DNA of 64,000 nt from Cyanophora paradoxa CCMP329 (taxonomy: Eukaryota > Plantae > Glaucophyta). The notes under the pieces were generated by a model. It made no database searches and had not been told where the DNA came from. It saw only the letters and a program-made list of their open reading frames with translations. Positions within the stretch are counted from its first letter, which is position 1; each line of letters starts with the position of its first letter. The position numbers and the translations under genes were made by a program. Below, piece by piece: positions 9,811 through 21,888 of this stretch. Location: NCBI GenBank assembly GCA_004431415.1, contig QPMI01000182.1, positions 92,235 to 156,234 on the forward strand. The letters are read 5' to 3'.

Positions 9811-10884
9811 CTACTTGCCTACGAGCTCGAGGTTGAGCCACTGCGACGGTGGGTCCGCCTCCCTGTGCTCGCCTGGGATGATGCCGCCCGTCATCTCGTA
9901 CCGCCCGCGGACCTTGGTCACCTCCTTGGCGGTCTCGGAGTTGCAGCCCTTGCAGAGGATCCGCAGCGTCTTCGGGTACGCCCGGTGGTAGTCCGCGAAG
10001 AGGGACGTAAGGAAGGGCGGGTCCGTTTCGACCACGACGGGCAGGAGCGGGTGCCACGTCTTCTCGCCGGGGCCGGGCGGGCGGGCGCGGATGCCGACGA
10101 CCGCGCGCTCCCCCGTCGCCTCCTTGCGGGTCAGGCAGCGGCTACGGCAGAAGGCGAAGAGGATATCCGTGAAGTACGCCGGGCCCATGTGGTCGACGTG
10201 GAAGGTCTCCTCGCCCTCCGCGGCACCGCAGCCCTCGCAGGTCAGGCGCGCCGCCGCGGACTTGCGGGCCCGGTAGAAGGCGCTGGTCTCGGGCTCGATG
10301 GCCTCCCGCATGAGCGCGTTCCAGCAGGCGGAGAGGATGGTCGGGTAGCGCGCCTCCGAGGCGTTCCAGTCGTTCCAGAAGTGGCACGTGCCGTCCTTGA
10401 GCTCGAACGCCAGCCGCACCGGCCCGTCTCCCTCCTCCCACTGCGGCCGCCTCGGGTTGCGGGGCGCGTCGCTGATCTGCCTCGCCGCCCACTTGGGGAG
10501 GCGGAAGGCCAGCAGGCGCTCGATCTCGCCCGCCCGGAGCCGCCGCGGGGCCGGGCCGTGGAACTCCGCGTAGACCGCCAGCGCCGTCCGCAGCGCCTCC
10601 GGGGGCATCCGCACCACCCTCACGGGCCGCTCCGTCCCCGCAAACGTCACCGTCACGAGGGGGCAGCGCTCGTCCCGCAGCATCCGCTCGCCCTCCGCGC
10701 GGACCTCGGCCAGCATCTCGCCCATCCGCTTGAGTGTCGGTCGCTCCGGCGGGTCGCGCATGGCGATCTTGACCGGCACGCCCGGCAGGTGGCTCGTGCT
10801 GCGTCGCTTGGGCGGCGATTCGTCGTCGCTGAGGTCGATCGCCAGGCGCGCCGGGTGCCGCTTCGGGTCGGCGCCGCGCTTCAT
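9811..10884 (-). CDS. HNH endonuclease with probable N-terminal DCL/DUF3223-like domain
   Basis: Motifs CEGCG...FHVDH.GP..F...FADYH....LRILCKGCN (Zn-binding HNH with a long insertion). Upstream RLAFELKDGT...SAC and ALMREAIEP resemble DUF3223-HNH proteins as I recall them. Intronless; likely start MKRGADPK at 10884 with TAAATA ~50 nt upstream (the ORF track start is 10953). Confidence 0.8.
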   Translation of the reverse strand: MKRGADPKRHPARLAIDLSDDESPPKRRSTSHLPGVPVKIAMRDPPERPTLKRMGEMLAEVRAEGERMLRDERCPLVTVTFAGTERPVRVVRMPPEALRTALAVYAEFHGPAPRRLRAGEIERLLAFRLPKWAARQISDAPRNPRRPQWEEGDGPVRLAFELKDGTCHFWNDWNASEARYPTILSACWNALMREAIEPETSAFYRARKSAAARLTCEGCGAAEGEETFHVDHMGPAYFTDILFAFCRSRCLTRKEATGERAVVGIRARPPGPGEKTWHPLLPVVVETDPPFLTSLFADYHRAYPKTLRILCKGCNSETAKEVTKVRGRYEMTGGIIPGEHREADPPSQWLNLELVGK

Positions 10885-11445
10885 TTTGGGTCTCGCCGAG
10901 TCCTCGGAGTGCCGCGAATGGGCCCGCGAACCCCTATTTATGCTGCCGTCCATCCTCCCAGGACCCTCGGGCCGGGGCTCCTAGTACCCTCGGAATCCGA
11001 TGTTAGGATCCCAACGCGTTTTTTTCGGATCCGAGCCCAATCCTCCTCGCACCTCGGCGGCGGCAGGGGGTACCCCCCAATCAGCCCGGCCCCGCTCCAG
11101 ACAGCGGCCGTACCCCCCCCCCCCAGGCCGCCGCGCCCCCCGTGACCTCCGTGAATCCGTGACGCGTGTGCCCCCTCGCTGCCCTTCCGGAGTCGACCGC
11201 CGCCCGTACCCATCCGCGCGGGCGAAAGGGGGTACGCGCCGACCTAGGGGGGTACGCCGGCCTCGCTGCAGCCCTACCCCCCGCCCCCCGCCCTCCCATC
11301 GGGTCTCCGCGGGGTCCATTCGCGAGAGGGGGGGTACGGGCCATCGCCGCCAATGGGGGCCTAGCGGGGGGGAAGAGGGGCGGGGGGGTACACGCAAAGT
11401 GACCCGCCCGCGAGGGCAGAAGTCTCTAGAAGTTGTAATTATATA

Positions 11446-12111
11446 AGTTGACGATGACTTAACGTTCAACCGTTGTAAGTTAACTTGTAATTATAAGTTG
11501 TAACTTGTAACCCGGTACTGGACTGAGTGACCGTCTGGACCTACTGGCCATGGTGTACCGTTGAAGACTACTACTGGCTACTCAGTGACTACTAAAAGTA
11601 CAGTACGGTATAACTTGGCATTAAGTTGGCAACTGCCAGGCTGGCAAGTTGATGTACTGTACCGTAGAACAACGTTAACGTTAACGGCGCGCATGCGCAT
11701 GCGGCTGCCCGGTGCCATGCGCTGCGTGATGCGCAACGCCCGCGGCCCCGGGCCCCGACGTCGACGTGTACGAATCGGCGACGATCGGCGACGATTCGGC
11801 GTCGATTTAAGCTGCAATTGACAATTCGGCGTTCATGATCACGCATATGCGCGTCGACGTCCGACGGTCGCGATCGACCGTCGACTCGGCGTCGAGTTAC
11901 TGAGTCGGCCGCGGGCGTCGAGTCGCCGTCCGACGGTCGACTCCCGGTCCGGACTCCGGAGTCCGGACTCCGGAGTCCCGGAGTCCAGAGTCCAGAGTCA
12001 GAGTCGAGTCGGAGACTCGGAGTCGCCGAGTCGAGTCGGAGACTACTGTCACTAAGTACTACCGGTCCAGTAGTAGTACCGGACCAGTACCGGTAAGTAG
12101 TACTCTAGCTA
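11446..12111. repeat. Low-complexity palindromic tract
   Basis: Short words recur in both orientations (AACGTT/GTTAAC, GAGTC/GACTC, TCCGGA, GTAC/TAGTA). Confidence 0.7.
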
Positions 12112-12113
12112 TA

Positions 12114-12371
12114 CCGTGTAACACTTAATTAATGCGCCAGTAATTAATGCGTTTTTGGACCCCGACCCCGATTATGGCTATTAATGCGGCACCGAATTAA
12201 TGCGTTTTGCAGCTTTTTGGCTGCGTCAGGGGGGTACGTATGTGTACAAACCGCAGTTTTCTTAGCGTATCAATATTAATGCGGTTCCAAATTAATGCGT
12301 TTTGTCACCAAAAAACGCATTAATTTGGGACCGCATTACTTAAGTGCGCGCATTACTTAAGTGTTACACGG
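12114..12371. mobile_element. MITE, Tc1/mariner-pogo type, 258 bp
   Basis: ~24-bp TIR CCGTGTAACACTTAA(T/G)TAATGCGC, TA on both sides (12112-13, 12372-73), many internal TTAATGCG/CGCATTA motifs. Confidence 0.88.
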
Positions 12372-12874
12372 TAGTCGGAGTCGAGTCGTGCTGACTGAGC
12401 CTGACTCCTGCTGCCGCAGTGCAGACTCTCACTGCAGAGTCCACGGTCCTGCACCGTGCAGCGGCGTGCACGTGGTCCGTGGATGCCGACGATCATGCCG
12501 TCAATAATTGCAATATCATACTTCCTGTCCGTGGCAATCCTGTCCACTATCATTACCACCAATGAAGTCATCATGGCATAATAGTATCATCATATTATTA
12601 GTATGTCCACTATCATGGCGTCACGCCGTCAGCTGCAGCCTGCAGGCTGCAGCCTGCTGCCAGCTGCAGGCTGCAGGCTGCAGCTGCAGGCTGCAGCGCT
12701 AGCGTCCGACGGACTCCGGGACCGGCGACCGTCGGACGGTCCAGTATTTTCCTGTTACCGTAGTACGCAGTGGCACCCCGCTTTATATGTACAACACGCC
12801 GGCCCGTCGCCGGGCCCCGTAGTACACGGCCCGGCGGTATCGAACATATATATTATGATATAACGTACTTTAGC

Positions 12875-13095
12875 TACGGTTAAACACGTACTTATATTTT
12901 TATTAATGCGCAAGAAATTAATGCGTTTTTGGACCCGAACCCCTTATGGACCGAATTAATGCGTTACAGGGATATACTGTCATATACAGCATTTTCTTAG
13001 CGTTTCGATATTATAATATAATGCGGTCCCAAATCAATGCGTTTGATCGACAGCAAAAACCGCATATGCATTAATTTTGGACCGCATAACTTCAA
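12875..13095. mobile_element. Degenerate second copy of the same MITE
   Basis: Collinear blocks ATTAATGCGTTTTTGGACCC, CCGAATTAATGCGTT, TTTTCTTAGCGT and GGACCGCAT shared with 12114-12371; TIRs eroded. Confidence 0.75.
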
Positions 13096-13402
13096 GGCTT
13101 AGCTTATCTTAAGCGGCGGCTAATTATAAGCTTGAACTTCAACAGCCTTGATCATGAAGGCGAGTTGCCAAGTTGAAGCCTTGAACTTCGGAATCTGGAA
13201 GTTCGGGTTCTGAGTTCGGAATTCGAAGCCGGCGCCAACCGTTGAGCCGCGGCAAGGTTAACTGGAGTCTGGAGCTAGCGCTGGGCAAGCCCGCGCCGCG
13301 GACCGGAGGCCGATCGCGAGAGCTTTAAATTTGTGCGCATACATTTACCGTAATTTACGTAGCTACTTACACACGCGGCACGCGCGCCGGCGCCGCAGCA
13401 GG

Positions 13403-14846
13403 ATGTCCGTGCCATCGGAAGCCGAGCTCTTCAGCGGCTATGTTCTCCCAAATTTCAAGGATGCCTTGTACACATTTGGCGGCGCCAGGGCGGGCTTCAG
13501 CGGCGGCCTGTCGACCCGACAATCAGGGACGTTAGCAGGGGTCGGGTTCGCCGCGTCGACGACAATGGATCTTCTCGACTGCAAATATCCAGGGATCCTT
13601 GCATGCGGCTACGGGGTGCGTTGCGCGCGATCGGTTGCAATTACTCATGATAATGGCAATTCCACTGCGCGTTGCAAGCTTAGAATCAATATATATATTT
13701 ATAGATTACGATCAACGCATACGATGTATACTCCTGCGTGCGCAGGACCACACTTGCACTGGTGCTGGAAACGTGGACTTCAAAAAGTACTTCGGATTTG
13801 TTCCTGGCCGACCCGGGGTCGCGGACAGAGAGTGCGCGCAACCATGATTGCCCCCCCCCTCCCCGCGATATGTACTGATCATGGCCATGATTTTGACCAC
13901 GGACAGTGCCTGCTTTTATGATCCATGGTGCAACAGCTTCCAGCATCAAGTTGGCACGTGCAGCTCCCGTTTGAAGAAAGGAGAGTGCGCCCGCTTGCAA
14001 TTGGAAAGCTTGTATTCTTTATCCATTCTCCGTTGCAATGGATCGTGCATGCGAGCATGCGCTGGCGCGCCATTAACATTCGAAACGCAGTTGCTACAAA
14101 GGAGTAAAGCCGGATGGCACGGGGAAGGATTTTCTGGGCACCACCGACGACATCATGCAGTGCGTTCAGAGGGGCGGCAAGTACATGTGGTGCGCATGCA
14201 TCCAATTATATTATATAGCCTCGCCGGCTCGGTTTAACGCGTTCCGGTCACCAGGTTCTGGCACGATTGGTTTTGGATCAACAAGTCGCACCCTGACTGG
14301 CTGAAGGTCTATCCTGTCAAGGCCCGGGAGTTCGAGATACGCGTGCACAACGACGGGGCTTATCACAAGGTCCAGAAGTGGGGATTCGACTGGTTCGATG
14401 TCAAGCGCGACAAGCCGAAAACGTGGGGTTCCTCCCACAAGAACTACAAGGCTCTGCGGCAGGTGGACTCGGAAGTGCAGGTTCGCGCTTGCCTTTTTTA
14501 GTTCTCTGCTAGTGCTCGATATCGGCATGCTCTGACCTCAATGGCCAATCGCGATGCCAGCTGCAGGCGAGCGACGTCGACGGCACGGCCAGCGCGGCGG
14601 GCGGTCGCGATCTCGAGGAGCTCCCTGATGGCCTCTTCGAAGTGGAGAGGGGCCAGCTGGCCGCGGACGCCGGCGCCGGCGCTGGGCCGGCCTTCTTCGA
14701 CGAGGCCGACTTGGTCTTCGACGCCTACGCCGACGCCGACCGCGACGTGCGCTCGCTCGCGATCGGGCCCGGCCCGCGCTCTAGATCTCGTCCCCAGCCA
14801 AACTGAGCTTCGCTGGTCACAGGGCGCCGAGGACTGGCAGCTCTGA
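13403..14846 (+). CDS. Multi-exon hypothetical protein, Cys/Trp-rich, with a possible PAN/apple-like motif and acidic tail
   Basis: Exon readings MSVPSEAELF..., HTCTGAGNVDFKKYFGF...ECA, ACFYDPWCNSFQHQVGTC, CYKGVKPDG..., FWHDWFWINK...KWGFDWFD, ending GAEDWQL*, separated by short introns ending in CAG. Confidence 0.6.
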
Positions 14847-15029
14847 TCGCTCCGCTCGAGTCCGAAGCCTCAAGCTTCGAATTCAGGCTAGGCCCAGGCT
14901 TAGATCTAGACCTAGACCTAGACAACGTTCTTACAATATTTTCTCAATGCAAGCAGATCTAGAGGGCCAGGCCTCGTTTTGCTCGCTGTAGTAGTCAACG
15001 GGGAGGGGGGGAGGGGGAGTCAACGTTTT

Positions 15030-17460
15030 AGGTAAGAGGTGGGCCCGCGGGCCGTCGCGGCCCCATGAGCTGGCCATGGGCCGGGGCCGGGGCCGGGGAC
15101 CTGGTCGGGGCTAGGGTTCTAGGAGCGCGCGGCAGCTCAGCGGAGGGCCCCGGGCGCGGGGGGGGGGGGGGGGAAGGGGGGGGATACTGGTAGACGAGGA
15201 GGCAGAGGCGGTCGACGCGGAGCCCGCTCCCGCACCGGTACCCCCGAAGACGCCCTGCCCGGGCCGGCGTCTGGGGGCAGCGGGAGTTCCGGGGCGGGCA
15301 GGTCGGCCCGCGTGACGTCCAGCGCCGCTTTCGATGCAGGAGCAGCGGCAGTGCGTGTGGTCGCCGCCTCGAGCCCCCGCCGCCTCTGCCCGCCGCCCCC
15401 GTCAGCGCGCTGGGGGTACGGCGATCGAAAGCAGGGGGGTACCTTGAAGAAGCCATCCTCGCGATCGGGGGGGGGGGGGGAGCGGAAGGTGCGGTCGGGG
15501 GCGGAGGGTTGCCGGCGCGTCAGGGGTGGGGGAGGAGGGGGCGGGGGGTACTGACGCGGAAGAGGCGACCGGCGCGGCTGCAGAGGGCGACGTCCGTCCG
15601 GCGCGGGCGGATCGGCTCACGGGGGCCCTCGCCCCCGCCCCGCCCCTGCCGCCCCTGCCGCGTCTCCGAGTCGCCTCCTCGCCGCCCGCCGCGCCCTCGC
15701 CCCGCAGCCGAAGTTCTGGAAGACGAACGGCACGTACGCCGTCTCCCGCGCGTGCACAAGCAGCAGCGGAAGCTACGGGGGAGGAAGCGGGGCGGGGCTA
15801 CCTCGTTGCGCTCGGAGCCGCGCGATCAGGGATGAGGCCGACGACCTCGAGCGGCGTCGCAAGCCCGCCGCTCCCAATTGTAAGCGTCCCGCACGATCCT
15901 GCACCCCTCGGGTAAGGGGTACCCCCGCACCGGAGGTCGAGGTCGTCGAAGGAGAGGATGACGCAGTCGTCGTGGGGGTACGTGTTTACGAATGCGACCT
16001 CGAAGAAGCTGAGCGGAGGGGGTACGGCGATCGCTTCGCGGCGCGGGGGCGCACCAGGTGCGGCCGAAGGAGGGGTAGAAGGAGCGGTCGGTGGTGGGCT
16101 CTGCGTGAGCATGCCTTGAATCGCCTGCTTCTTCCGCCTCTGCCCCGCTCCGCCGCACCGCTCAGCCGCGGTTGCGCCCCGCGCGCAGAGTCGAGCGGGC
16201 CGCTGCGGGGCCCGGGCCCGTCGGCGTCGGGGGGTAGCGGGGCACCGGGAGGGGCGGGCGCACGTCTGGGTACCGGTCTCCTCCAGATCGGCCTTGCGGG
16301 CGGGCAGGAGCGGCCACTTCTGATGATTGCTGGCGCCGGCGCAGCGGCCGGCGCGGCGAGGGGCTTGCTGAGGTGCGCGGGCAGCTGCGGGGCCAGCGGG
16401 GCCTGGAGGCGGGGAGGGAGGCGTGGCGGGCTTGGCGACGCGCTTCGGGGGGGAGTGTGCCTCCGGAGGCGCGGCTTGGCGGCCGGCGGCCGGTGCTGGG
16501 GTGAGGGTCTTGACGGCCTTCGCGGGGGTAGGCGCCCTCGCCTGGGGCCGGGGCGGCGCCACAGCCTTCGGCGGCTCGGGCTGCGGCGCCAGCTGCAGGG
16601 CCGGCGGCGGCGTCGCCTGCCCCCTGCCCCCGCTCCCGCGCCGCCTCTTCTCCACCGACCCGGCGTGACCTGCGCTGCGGCCGCGGCCGCCCCTCAGACT
16701 CCGCCGGCCCGCGTCCGTACCCCCCTCCGGGATCGGCGCACCCCTCCGAGTCGGCGTAGCGCGACCCCCCGCGGATTGTGTCGGCCAGCTCCCGAGGTGG
16801 GAGAGGATAGGGGGCGGACAGCGGACACGCCTTGATCATGACGGGGCACCGGCGCGCAGGATGCGCACGGACGCGCCCCGGCTCCGTGGGGACCTCCGTT
16901 CGATGGTGCGGGGGATGCGGGGGTACTCGGACCTGCGAGAGGGGGCGAGGTGAGGGGCGGCGGGGAGGGGGCCGGGGGCGCGGGGCGCGCATCACGCGGA
17001 GGGCGGCGATGGAGCGAAGGGCGCAGGCGCTGGCGCCCTCCTCGTCCTCGGGGGGCGCCTCCCCCGCGTCGGCTCGGCCGGCCTTCAACGGGCGCGCCCG
17101 GCCCGCCCGCGTCATCACGAGGGCCCCCTCCTGGCCCCCGGCCGGCGCGCCTGCCCCCGCCCGCCCTCAGAGCGGGCCGCGGGGGGGCGCGGGCCCGGGG
17201 ACGGGTAGAGCGCACGGTCGAAGACGAAGGCGGCCTCGGGGATCGAAGCCGTCAGCTCCGTCTCCTCGGGATCCCTGTGCCGCCGTCGGGCCCGGCGGAG
17301 CGGCAGGCGAGGCCCTGAGGCGGGCGCACGTTTGGGTGCCGGTTTCCTCCAGATCCGCCTTCCGGGCCGCGTGAGCAATTGCAAGAGCGGCCACATCGCC
17401 TCCGCCCGCACCGGCACAGGCCGCGGGCGCTCGCTGGCAGCTGCGCGCATGCAGGGAGAT
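15030..17460 (-). CDS. Multi-exon hypothetical protein, Pro/Ala-rich, with a duplicated WPLL..ARKADLEETGTQT motif
   Basis: Protein-like exons (SFFEVAFVNTYPHDDCVILSFDDLDLR; LLLVHARETAYVPFVFQNF; RVDRLCLLVYQY) between G/C-run introns. The motif occurs at ~16260-16320 and ~17325-17395. Ends uncertain. Confidence 0.45.
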
Positions 17461-18229
17461 CGGCGCGGTCTTGGGCGGACCGGTGAGGCCATCCCCGCGC
17501 CGCGAGCCGTTGCCTAGAGCCCGCGGCCGGGTCAGCGAGCTCGAGCCGAGAACGTATACGCGCACGTTAACCTCGGCAACTTGTCGCACCGTCAGGAGCG
17601 CGACCCAGGCTCGTCAGGCTCGAATCGAAGCTGCTTGGCAGATCTAGAGCAGCCGAGCGCGAACGACGCGCGGACGATCGGTAGCGCTCAAAAGAATCGC
17701 AGTTGAATGAGCTTTTGCGCATTGCCGCTGCAGGGCGATTTGCTGCAACTAGACGCGAGAGCTGCAACTAGACGCGAGAGCTGCGCGCGGCAGGCGCTGC
17801 ATGGCAGCTCTGCTCTCCGAGCCTGTACCCCCTCGAAAGCGAACTGTGAACTCTGCTCTCCGCGCTGCGGCGGTGCCCGGCGATCCTCGGGCATTATTAC
17901 TCCACGCGCTGACCGAAACCGTAACCGTTCTCGTGAAACCCACGACTGTTAGACTCACTCAGCGGCCGCGGCGAGGCACGTCCAGTCGGCCAATGCTTTG
18001 CATCGTACCGACGGGTGCGTGATGCTCGCTCTCCGTCCGCTCCGCCGCCTCTTCGAGTGCTGACCAACCGACCTTAAGGCCGCCTCCAACCCCGCGACTG
18101 GACCGCCCTGGGCACATCGCGCATTTATGAAGTTTCAGAACGCGTCCACTGTCTCGCAGCCGCGCGCCTCAGCCATAACGCGAGCTCGGCGCCCGGCGCG
18201 TGGTTTCCGCGGCGCGTGGTTTCCGCGGC

Positions 18230-19242
18230 CCCCGCGGCCGCCGCGTGCAACCCGATCCGGGCTCAGCTGCAGCTCATCGCACACGGTCTGGTGTGTGGAG
18301 CCGTAGCGCGCGCGAACCGCTGGCCCCGGCGCGCCTCGGGCGCCGCCTCCAAGCCCGAGGTCCGGTGCGAGCCGCCGTATTACTACGGTACCTTACGCTT
18401 CCGAGCCGCTGTGCCGGCGCGCGCCTCGCAGCCGCCGCGGCGCGCGCTTGGAGCACTAATCATGCGTCCGGGCAGGCGGCAGGGCGCGCGGGAGGGGCTG
18501 GAGCGCGCCGGCGCCAGCGGGCGGGCGCTCCGGCGGCTCGGGGAGGCGCAGAGGCGGCGCGGGCTCCGTCCGGCCCCGCGCGATCGCAGCGGACTCTTCT
18601 CTTGTCCTTTTCGCTAGCGAGTGTGCTCTGGACCCGCGCCGCCACCTCAGGGCCGTCTAGATCTCCCGCCCCTCTCACACCCCGGCCGAACAGTATTTTC
18701 AATGTACCCATCCGCCACGGCGCCGCCAGGTCCCATCGAGCGCACCACTGGAGTACCCTTCTCATTCCCGATCGAACCGTGTGCGGCACGCAGTGGGGGT
18801 GAGTCCGAAGTACCCGTACCCCCCCTGCCCCCTCCGGACCCGACCTTCGCCCCAGGACCCCGTTGGACTTTTGCCCGCCCCTCTCGAGCGCGGCGGATCC
18901 GATGGTGCGCGCCTCGCCGCCCGTAGCTGCAGCCCCGAGGCGCTGGAACCGAGGCCGGCCCTCCGACCAGGTACCCCGGCGCCCCTGGGGCCGGCCCGGG
19001 GGGCGGAAGGCCCCGGAAGGGGGCGGGGGGCGGGACGATGCGCCGGAGCGGAGCCGGAGAAGGGCGAAAGGGCGGGCGGCGGCGCGCTGGAGCCAAGCCG
19101 GCGCCGCGGTCGGACGGTGCGAGCGCCCTCGCGCCCCGCCGCTCGCGCGCGCCGCCCTCTGAAGCGGGCTCCCAGAGGGCCCGGAACCGTCGCAGCTGGG
19201 CGAGGAAGTCTGGCCGAGACGCGCGCAGACCGCGGAGCCCTC
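18230..19242. repeat. Dispersed ~1-kb direct repeat, copy 1
   Basis: Collinear and highly similar to 26635-27568, with scattered substitutions and indels. Confidence 0.9.
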
Positions 19243-21589
19243 GACCCGCCTCGCGATCGGGCTGCAGCGGGCCCCTCCCGGCCCCTCCCCGGGGCGCCCC
19301 GGCGCGGCGGGGAGGCGAGGCCGGCGCCGCTGCCGGTGAGGCGGCCGCCTCGCCCTCCCCGTCCCGCTCCGCCTCGAGCGCCGCCGTCGCCCACGCCTCC
19401 GCCGCCGGAGGCGACGGAGTCGCCGGGCCCGCGGCCTCCTGCGGGCTCCAAGCGGCCCTCCCCCCCCCCCCCGTCCCCCCCCCGTCCCCCGCCCCCCTGC
19501 CCGCGGACTCCGGCGGGCTCCCAAGCGGCGCCCCTCAACCCGCCCTCCTCTCCTCGCCGCCCCGCAGACGGGCGCGCGGGCGCGGGGCCCTCCCCTCCGG
19601 CCCGCGGCCCCGCAAGGGGGCGGGCGGCCCTCCGCCCCCGCGGCCCCCGCGGCCGGTGGCGCTGGCAAGCCAGCCGAGAAGCCAGGGCCGCCAAGCGGCT
19701 TGGGCCAGCCCCGGTGCAAGCTTTCGGAATTTTGGGCCAGCCCCGCCGGGCCGGTGCAAGCTTCTATAGCTAGCCCCGCCAGCCAGTGCCCTACGGCCCC
19801 TACCCCGGTCCCCGGCGCGGCGGCGCCGGCGCCGGCGCCCATCCGCCGCATCCGGATTCCGGATTCGATGATCCAGGAGGGGACCCCGCGGGGGTCGATT
19901 GCGATTGCAAGCACACCTCTATCGATTGCAAGCGATTGTAGAGCTGGCGCCCCTAACGGGCACCATCTTCTCGTCTCCGGAATGCTATAGCGAGCGAGGA
20001 AAACTACTGAGAATGAACTCGTAGCGGGGCAGGATCTCGAGAAGGTTCGAGAGCCTAGTCAGGTCTAGTAAGGGAGGGGAAGGCCCGACCGGCCGGCCGC
20101 AGGGGCCGTCTCCACTAGTGTTCGCCGTCGTCAAGGTGGGAGGCCCACCCCGTGGCCGCCGCCGGCGCGGCCGCGGGTTGCGCTGCCACACGCCGCGGGC
20201 GCGGGGATCGGGAGGGTCGGGAGGGCGGAGGCCGCGGACGTGGCCACGGGCGCGCCGGCGGGGGGCCGGGGGTGGTCGCCGCATGCGCAGGGCCCGAGCT
20301 CGAGAGGAGGTGGAACGCAAAGCCCGGGTCGCCGCCTGGCAGGGAAGGCGGGGCCGGGGGGCGGGGGCAGGCGGGGGCGGGGGTGGATCGATGGAGAAAG
20401 AACCTGAGGTCTGGGGCGCGGAAAGTGAGGCGCGCGCCATGGCGGTCCGGTCCGGCGCCGGCGGAAAAGCGATAAACGGTGGCGCAGGCATGCTGCTAGT
20501 GCAGCAATGCTAGAAAGCGCCATGTCTCTTCCTGGCCGCTCGACGGGCCGCCCGGGACGGCAATATGCACAGCGCCTCGCGATCGCGAAGGCAGGCCTAG
20601 GCCGAGCGCCGTCGGGGCAGGCCACGTCGTCGCATGCGCAGACATGGGACGGCGAGCGGTATTCTTGGCTTAAAAAGGAGCGATGTCGATGCACTCTTGC
20701 AGCTATGAGGGCGTACTCGGCTGCGCGCCGAGGGCCTAAGCGCTAGCGCCGTCTCCAGTCTCTAACCGGCGGCCGGCGCCGCGGTCGCTAGTGCGGACAT
20801 GTACAGGGCGGTGCCGCGGGGCGGCGGGGCAGCGCGCGCGCGGCGCGCGCGGTCAGCGCAGGCGGCTCCCTGGCGATATCGAAGTCCGGTGTCGATGTTC
20901 GCCCTCGCGTACGCCTGCGTGCGCCCGCGTATACGTACACGAATTCGAAGCTGCCGATCGCGAGTGGAAAGCGTGAGCACGAGCCCGTGATCGATGGAGC
21001 GCAGAGCATCGGTGGCTATGGAGAGCAGAGTTAAATGGTAACATCCTAATGGCGACCCTTGCCCGGTTCGCATACGCGAGGGACCGGGCGTACGTGTACA
21101 TGTATACGTACGCGTACGTGCACGGGCGCGCGCGCGCCCTATCGGGCGGGCGGGGCCGGCTGGAAGGCTGTTCTATCGCACACTGAGCTACCTGCGACTA
21201 GGGCTGAAGGCCGGCAGCGACTGCTGGCGCGCGGACCGGATTGCGAGAACCGATACGCTTGCTCGAGCTCGAGCTCGCTGGGAGGCGTGGCGGCTTGGGG
21301 AGGTTTTCGGACACGCTTCGGAGTCTCTGCGGGGGCCCACCGGTCGCCGCTATCCCGCGCGCCCTACTCTAGATCTACGCTCCCGGCGTGCTCCCAGCTG
21401 CAGGGGGGTACTCTAGTTATTCGGTATGCATATGATTGCATGATGATTGTCGAGTCATTGATAGGCTTGCGGCTCGAGCCTACTAGGCTAGCCGGCTTGC
21501 TAGCCGGCAAGGCCCGGCCGCGGGCGCCGGCGCCGGCGTGCCGGCAGTGCCCGCCGCTGCCCGGCACTGCCGGGCATGCGCAGCCCTAA

Positions 21590-21810
21590 CTTACCGGCGT
21601 ACTACGGACCAGTCTACGGTACGTACTACCGCCGCCCCAGTCTACCGGTACCGCACTAGTAGGCTAGTACTACGGTAGTAGCGGCACTACTACGGCGTAC
21701 AAACCGTACCGTAGAGGCGCGTACGTACTACGTAGTACCGTACTACGGTACTACGGAGTCTACGGTACTGTAATACCGTAGTTACGGCGTAGTACCTACG
21801 GTTACGGGCC
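21590..21810. repeat. Palindromic low-complexity tract (TAC/GTA/CGG/CCG words)
   Basis: For example GTACGTACTACGTAGTACCGTACTACGGTACTACGG. Confidence 0.75.
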
Positions 21811-21888
21811 GGGGTAGCCGACGAGCCGTCGGTGGGATTCCCGAGTACGGCCGCGGGCCGGGAGCTCGAGAAATCGCGCCGCGGCGGC

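Larger units (their letters stand above)
7535..11429 (-). mobile_element. Unclassified 3.9-kb element carrying an HNH nuclease gene
   Basis: Flanked by the exact 16-bp direct repeat AAGTTGTAATTATATA (7519-7534, 11430-11445). T9 at the left end. Diverged ~170-bp subterminal inverted repeats (TCACTTTGCG 7583 / CGCAAAGTGA 11393; CCCATTGGAGGCGATGG 7627 / CCATCGCCGCCAATGGG 11341). Sharp GC-rich versus AT-rich boundaries; three co-oriented ORFs. Confidence 0.75.

Noticed and set aside
9811-10953. IscB, Fanzor or Cas9-like nuclease
   Set aside because: No RuvC motifs or PLMP N-terminus visible; only HNH is supported.
9712-11145. 477-aa plus-strand ORF
   Set aside because: Antisense shadow of the GC3-rich HNH gene.
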